Source: an uncultured Pseudomonadota bacterium (GTDB lineage Bacteria > Pseudomonadota > Alphaproteobacteria > Rhizobiales > Xanthobacteraceae). Taken from it: a DNA stretch of 64,000 nucleotides. This document shows positions 60,471 through 64,000 of the stretch, in pieces (the first letter of the stretch is position 1; each line of letters opens with the position of its first letter). The DNA is taken from NCBI GenBank assembly GCA_963729395.1, contig CAVSOS010000013.1, positions 2,663 to 66,662 on the forward strand. Direction: 5' to 3'. The translations under genes and the position numbers were made by a program. The notes beneath the pieces are model-generated. The model was not told where the DNA came from, ran no database searches, and saw only the letters and a list, made by a program, of their open reading frames with translations.

Positions 60471-60899
60471 ATGGCAAAGAAAGTGACCGGATACCTGAAA
60501 TTGCAGGTGCCGGCCGGTGCGGCGAACCCTTCGCCCCCGATCGGACCCGCGCTTGGTCAGCGCGGCCTCAACATCATGGAATTCTGCAAGGCGTTCAACG
60601 CGCAGACGCAGAAGGAAGAGAAGAATACCCCGATTCCGGTGGTGATCACGATCTACGCCGATCGTTCGTTCACCTTCGAGATGAAGACGCCCCCGATGTC
60701 TTTCTTTCTCAAGCAGGCCGCCAAAATCCAGTCCGGATCGAAAGCTCCGGGCCGCGACAAGGCCGGCGCGGTGACACGCGCGCAGGTGCGCGAGATCGCC
60801 GAGAAGAAGATGAAGGATCTCAATTGCGATACCATCGAGTTGGCCATGAAGATGGTCGAGGGCTCCGCCCGTTCGATGGGTCTTGAAGTTGCGGGGTAA
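60471..60899 (+). CDS. rplK: 50S ribosomal protein L11
   Basis: [13 protein letters not shown]. Confidence 0.99.
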   Translation: MAKKVTGYLKLQVPAGAANPSPPIGPALGQRGLNIMEFCKAFNAQTQKEEKNTPIPVVITIYADRSFTFEMKTPPMSFFLKQAAKIQSGSKAPGRDKAGAVTRAQVREIAEKKMKDLNCDTIELAMKMVEGSARSMGLEVAG

Positions 60900-60905
60900 C
60901 GGGTC

Positions 60906-61598
60906 ATGGCAATCGGAAAACGTTTGAAGAAGGCCCGCGAGGGCGTCGACCGCGAGAAGCTCTATCCGCTCGCGGATGCCATCAAGATGGTCAAGGAACG
61001 CGCCAAGTCGAAGTTCGACGAAACGGTCGAGATTGCGATCAATCTCGGCGTCGATCCGCGCCATGCCGACCAGATGGTGCGCGGGGTGGTGACGCTGCCG
61101 AACGGCACCGGCCGCACCTTGCGCGTCGGCGTGTTTGCCCGCGGCGCCAAGGCCGAGGAAGCCAAGGCGGCGGGTGCCGACGTGGTCGGCGCCGAGGACC
61201 TGGTTGAGAAAGTGCAGGGCGGTACCATCGATTTCGACCGCTGCATCGCAACGCCGGACATGATGCCGCTGGTCGGGCGGCTCGGCAAAGTGCTGGGACC
61301 GCGCGGCATGATGCCGAATCCGAAGATCGGCACCGTGACGATGGATGTCGCCAACGCCGTCAAGGGCGCCAAGGGCGGTTCGGTCGAATTCCGGGTCGAG
61401 AAGGCCGGCATCGTGCAGGCCGGCATCGGCAAGGCGTCGTTCTCGGAAGAAAAGCTGGTGCAGAACGTCAAGGCGCTGGCGGACGCGGTCGCCAAGGCAA
61501 AGCCGTCGGGTTCGAAGGGCACCTACATCCAGCGCGTGGCGGTTTCCTCCACCATGGGGCCGGGCGTGAAGGTTGAGCCGGGCAGCCTGCTCGGTTAG
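60906..61598 (+). CDS. rplA: 50S ribosomal protein L1
   Basis: [25 protein letters not shown]. Confidence 0.99.
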   Translation: MAIGKRLKKAREGVDREKLYPLADAIKMVKERAKSKFDETVEIAINLGVDPRHADQMVRGVVTLPNGTGRTLRVGVFARGAKAEEAKAAGADVVGAEDLVEKVQGGTIDFDRCIATPDMMPLVGRLGKVLGPRGMMPNPKIGTVTMDVANAVKGAKGGSVEFRVEKAGIVQAGIGKASFSEEKLVQNVKALADAVAKAKPSGSKGTYIQRVAVSSTMGPGVKVEPGSLLG

Positions 61599-61688
61599 CC
61601 CCGGGGTTGCGGGCCGCTTTCAGATGAACCAGGGCGGAACGGGGCAACCCGTCCCGCCCTTTGCTTTGAAATCGTGCAGGATGCGTCG

Positions 61689-62636
61689 ATGTCCGACAAG
61701 GTTTTGATCCATTCACGTTTTCCGAAAGCGATGCTGGTGCGCATCGGGCAGCGCTTCGATCTGATGGACGCCGCCGGAAAGCCGCTGGCTGAGGTTTTCA
61801 CCAACGAACAACTCGCTGGTGTCCGCGCCCTGATCACGGCGGGCGGCACGCCGCTCGGCGCGGCGGCGATGGATACGCTGCCGAAGCTCGCGGCGATCGT
61901 CTGCTACGGCACCGGGTATGACGGGATCGATCTTGCGGCGGCGGCTCAGCGTGGAATTGCGGTCGGCCATAGTCCAGCGGCGAATGCGGCCGCCGTTGCC
62001 GATCTGGCGGTGACATTGATGCTGGCCGTGACGCGGCCCTTGCTGCCGGCGGATGACTATGTGCGAAGCGGCAACTGGGCTGCCGCCAAACCATCGTCGC
62101 TGATGAGCCCGCAGCCCGGCAATCCCGGGCGCCGTATCGGGGTTTACGGCATGGGCGAGATCGGCCGCAAGATCGCCGCGCGCGCCGCGGCATTCGAGAC
62201 CGAGGTCGGCTATTTCAGCCGCCGCAAGCACGATGTGCCGTATCGCCACTTTCCGAGCCTGGAAGCGTTGGCGGAATGGTGCAGCGTGCTGATGATTGCG
62301 ATTCGCGCCGGAGCCGATACCCATCACGCCGTCGATGCCGGGATCCTGCAGAAGCTCGGCAAGGACGGCTATGTCGTCAATATCTCGCGAGGCTCCGTCA
62401 TCGACCAGCCGGCGCTGGTTGCTGCGTTGACCGACAAGACCATCGCCGGCGCCGGGCTTGACGTGTTCGAAAGCGAGCCGCATGCGCCCGACGCGCTGAC
62501 TGCCTTTCCGAATGTCGTGCTGACCCCGCATGTCGGCGGCCATACCATCGAATCGCATATCGCGATGCAGGACTGCGTGATCGCCAATCTCGAGGCGTTT
62601 TTTGCAGGCCGGCCGCTCGCTCATCCGGTAAGTTGA
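61689..62636 (+). CDS. D-2-hydroxyacid dehydrogenase
   Basis: GTGYDGID, GMGEIG, NISRG, LDVFESEP, TPHVG. Confidence 0.93.
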   Translation: MSDKVLIHSRFPKAMLVRIGQRFDLMDAAGKPLAEVFTNEQLAGVRALITAGGTPLGAAAMDTLPKLAAIVCYGTGYDGIDLAAAAQRGIAVGHSPAANAAAVADLAVTLMLAVTRPLLPADDYVRSGNWAAAKPSSLMSPQPGNPGRRIGVYGMGEIGRKIAARAAAFETEVGYFSRRKHDVPYRHFPSLEALAEWCSVLMIAIRAGADTHHAVDAGILQKLGKDGYVVNISRGSVIDQPALVAALTDKTIAGAGLDVFESEPHAPDALTAFPNVVLTPHVGGHTIESHIAMQDCVIANLEAFFAGRPLAHPVS

Positions 62637-62668
62637 GTATCCGCTCAGCGCGCCGGGCGCGCAGCGGC

Positions 62669-63556
62669 TCAGTGTTGGCTGAAGCCCGCGGCGTGACGCA
62701 GTTTATCGGGATTACGCACGATGTAGATCGCGGCAATCCGGTCGCCGTCGATCGTCAGGCTCAGGCTATGATCGATTTCGCCGTCCATGTAGAGCAGGGC
62801 GCCCACGGTTCCGTTGATTGTTGTCGGTTCGATGCGAATGTTGCGGCCGCTGTTTTTACCTGCCACGCCGATGAAGAAACGCGCGACCTTGTCGGCGCCT
62901 CTGATCGGATTCAGCGCGGCGGACTTGCGACCACCGCCATCGGTCATTGCGATCGCGTCCTCGCGCAGCAACCCGGCCAGGCGCGATACGTCACCGCTGG
63001 CGACGGCGTCGCCGAACGCACTCAGGAGGCGCGCGTGGCTATCCGGTGTCGCTGATGGGGTCGGACGCGCGTCGCGCACGGCACGGCGGGCCCGTGTCGC
63101 CAATTGTCGGCAGGCCGCCTCGGTCCGGTCGATCATCCGCGCGACCTCCGAGAACTGCATGTCAAACACGTCGTGCAACAGAAAGGCCGCGCGCTCCAGC
63201 GGCGACAGCCGGTCCAGCGCCAGCAGCAGCGCGAACGAGAGATCTTCAGCCAATTCGGTCGCCGCGTCCGGCGAAAGACCTTCCGCATCAAAAACCGGCT
63301 CGGGAAGCCATGGCCCGACATAGGTTTCCCGTTGCGCCTTGGCGCTTTTGAGCCGGTCGAGACACAGCCGGGTGACGACGGTCACGAGGAAGGCTTCCCG
63401 GTTGTGAACGTCCTGCGCGCCGGCAAAGCGGAGGTAGGCGTCCTGCACCACGTCTTCCGCATCGCTGCGGCTGCCGAGCATGCGATAGGCAAGTCCGAGT
63501 AGCCGCCCGCGATGGGGCGCTAGCGGATCACCTTCATGCAGCCTGTTTGACGACAT
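62669..63556 (-). CDS. ECF41 (SigJ-like) sigma factor with SnoaL-like extension
   Basis: AYRMLGS..AEDVVQ, YVGPWLPEP, DGGG and RNPDKL motifs. Confidence 0.93.
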   Translation of the reverse strand: MSSNRLHEGDPLAPHRGRLLGLAYRMLGSRSDAEDVVQDAYLRFAGAQDVHNREAFLVTVVTRLCLDRLKSAKAQRETYVGPWLPEPVFDAEGLSPDAATELAEDLSFALLLALDRLSPLERAAFLLHDVFDMQFSEVARMIDRTEAACRQLATRARRAVRDARPTPSATPDSHARLLSAFGDAVASGDVSRLAGLLREDAIAMTDGGGRKSAALNPIRGADKVARFFIGVAGKNSGRNIRIEPTTINGTVGALLYMDGEIDHSLSLTIDGDRIAAIYIVRNPDKLRHAAGFSQH

Positions 63557-64000
63557 CGACGTTGTGTCCATTCACAGTAACCCGCCGGCACTCCTTTGCG
63601 TAACCAAGAGCGGATTTTACCATAGGAAACATTCGGCCCATTTGAAGCGCCATCGTCAAATCGATCACGCCTTTCTCGCCCCAGCGGGCGCGAATGGCGT
63701 TGCGATGTTCGTCGTCGTCAGCGGACCGACGCACCACCGCGTCGGCAAACCGGAACCCGAGAATTGTCGCGCTGTTCATCGACCGCAGGTCGCGGCGCAG
63801 TACCGCCTCGATCTGATCCTTTGGCATTCCCGCTTCCAACGCCATGTCGACGGCCAATTGGGTGCAGGGACCGCAATCCTCCGCCAGGGCACCGACGATT
63901 TTGGCTGCGAAACTGGCTTCCACCGGGACCACCTCACGATGGCCGGAAGCCTTTGCCACGGGTGCGAATTTGAAGAATGCGGACGGCGACTCCCGGAGCA
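63534..64000 (-). CDS. AhpD/CMD-like protein, 5' end outside the window
   Basis: EDCGPC motif; adjacent to the ECF41 gene as typical. Confidence 0.75.
   Translation of the reverse strand, partial: LRESPSAFFKFAPVAKASGHREVVPVEASFAAKIVGALAEDCGPCTQLAVDMALEAGMPKDQIEAVLRRDLRSMNSATILGFRFADAVVRRSADDDEHRNAIRARWGEKGVIDLTMALQMGRMFPMVKSALGYAKECRRVTVNGHNVDVVKQAA

Overview
High-GC alphaproteobacterial chromosome segment, very likely Bradyrhizobium or a close relative (based on rreB, the repeat families and the rplK/nusG sequences). The conserved backbone is tRNA-Thr(TGT) ... rlmB-like, tRNA-Tyr, rreB, tRNA-Gly ... tRNA-Trp, secE, nusG, rplK, rplA, and it is heavily expanded by accessory DNA. (1) Two diverged Rieske/PQQ-dehydrogenase units are fused head-to-head at a perfect hairpin. 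(2) A 9.8-kb tyrosine-integrase island regenerates the 5' half of tRNA-Thr. It carries a module resembling Patescibacteria (CPR) genes: a large serine recombinase, a small ORF and a peptidoglycan-binding surface protein followed by orphan C-terminal fragments. It also carries HhH-like and GIY-YIG-like genes. (3) A nuclease-like three-gene cassette follows tRNA-Tyr, with one gene hit by two IS elements. (4) An integrase-less island at tRNA-Gly contains a nested segment with att-like ends. (5) There are six IS elements: 2x IS256, IS5, IS200/605, IS110 and IS1182. The IS110 bridge-RNA guides can be read directly against its target and donor. Many frameshifts and recurrent GANTC->GANTT changes suggest long-read assembly errors, so pseudogene calls are provisional. 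All family assignments are by eye from motifs; no searches were run.
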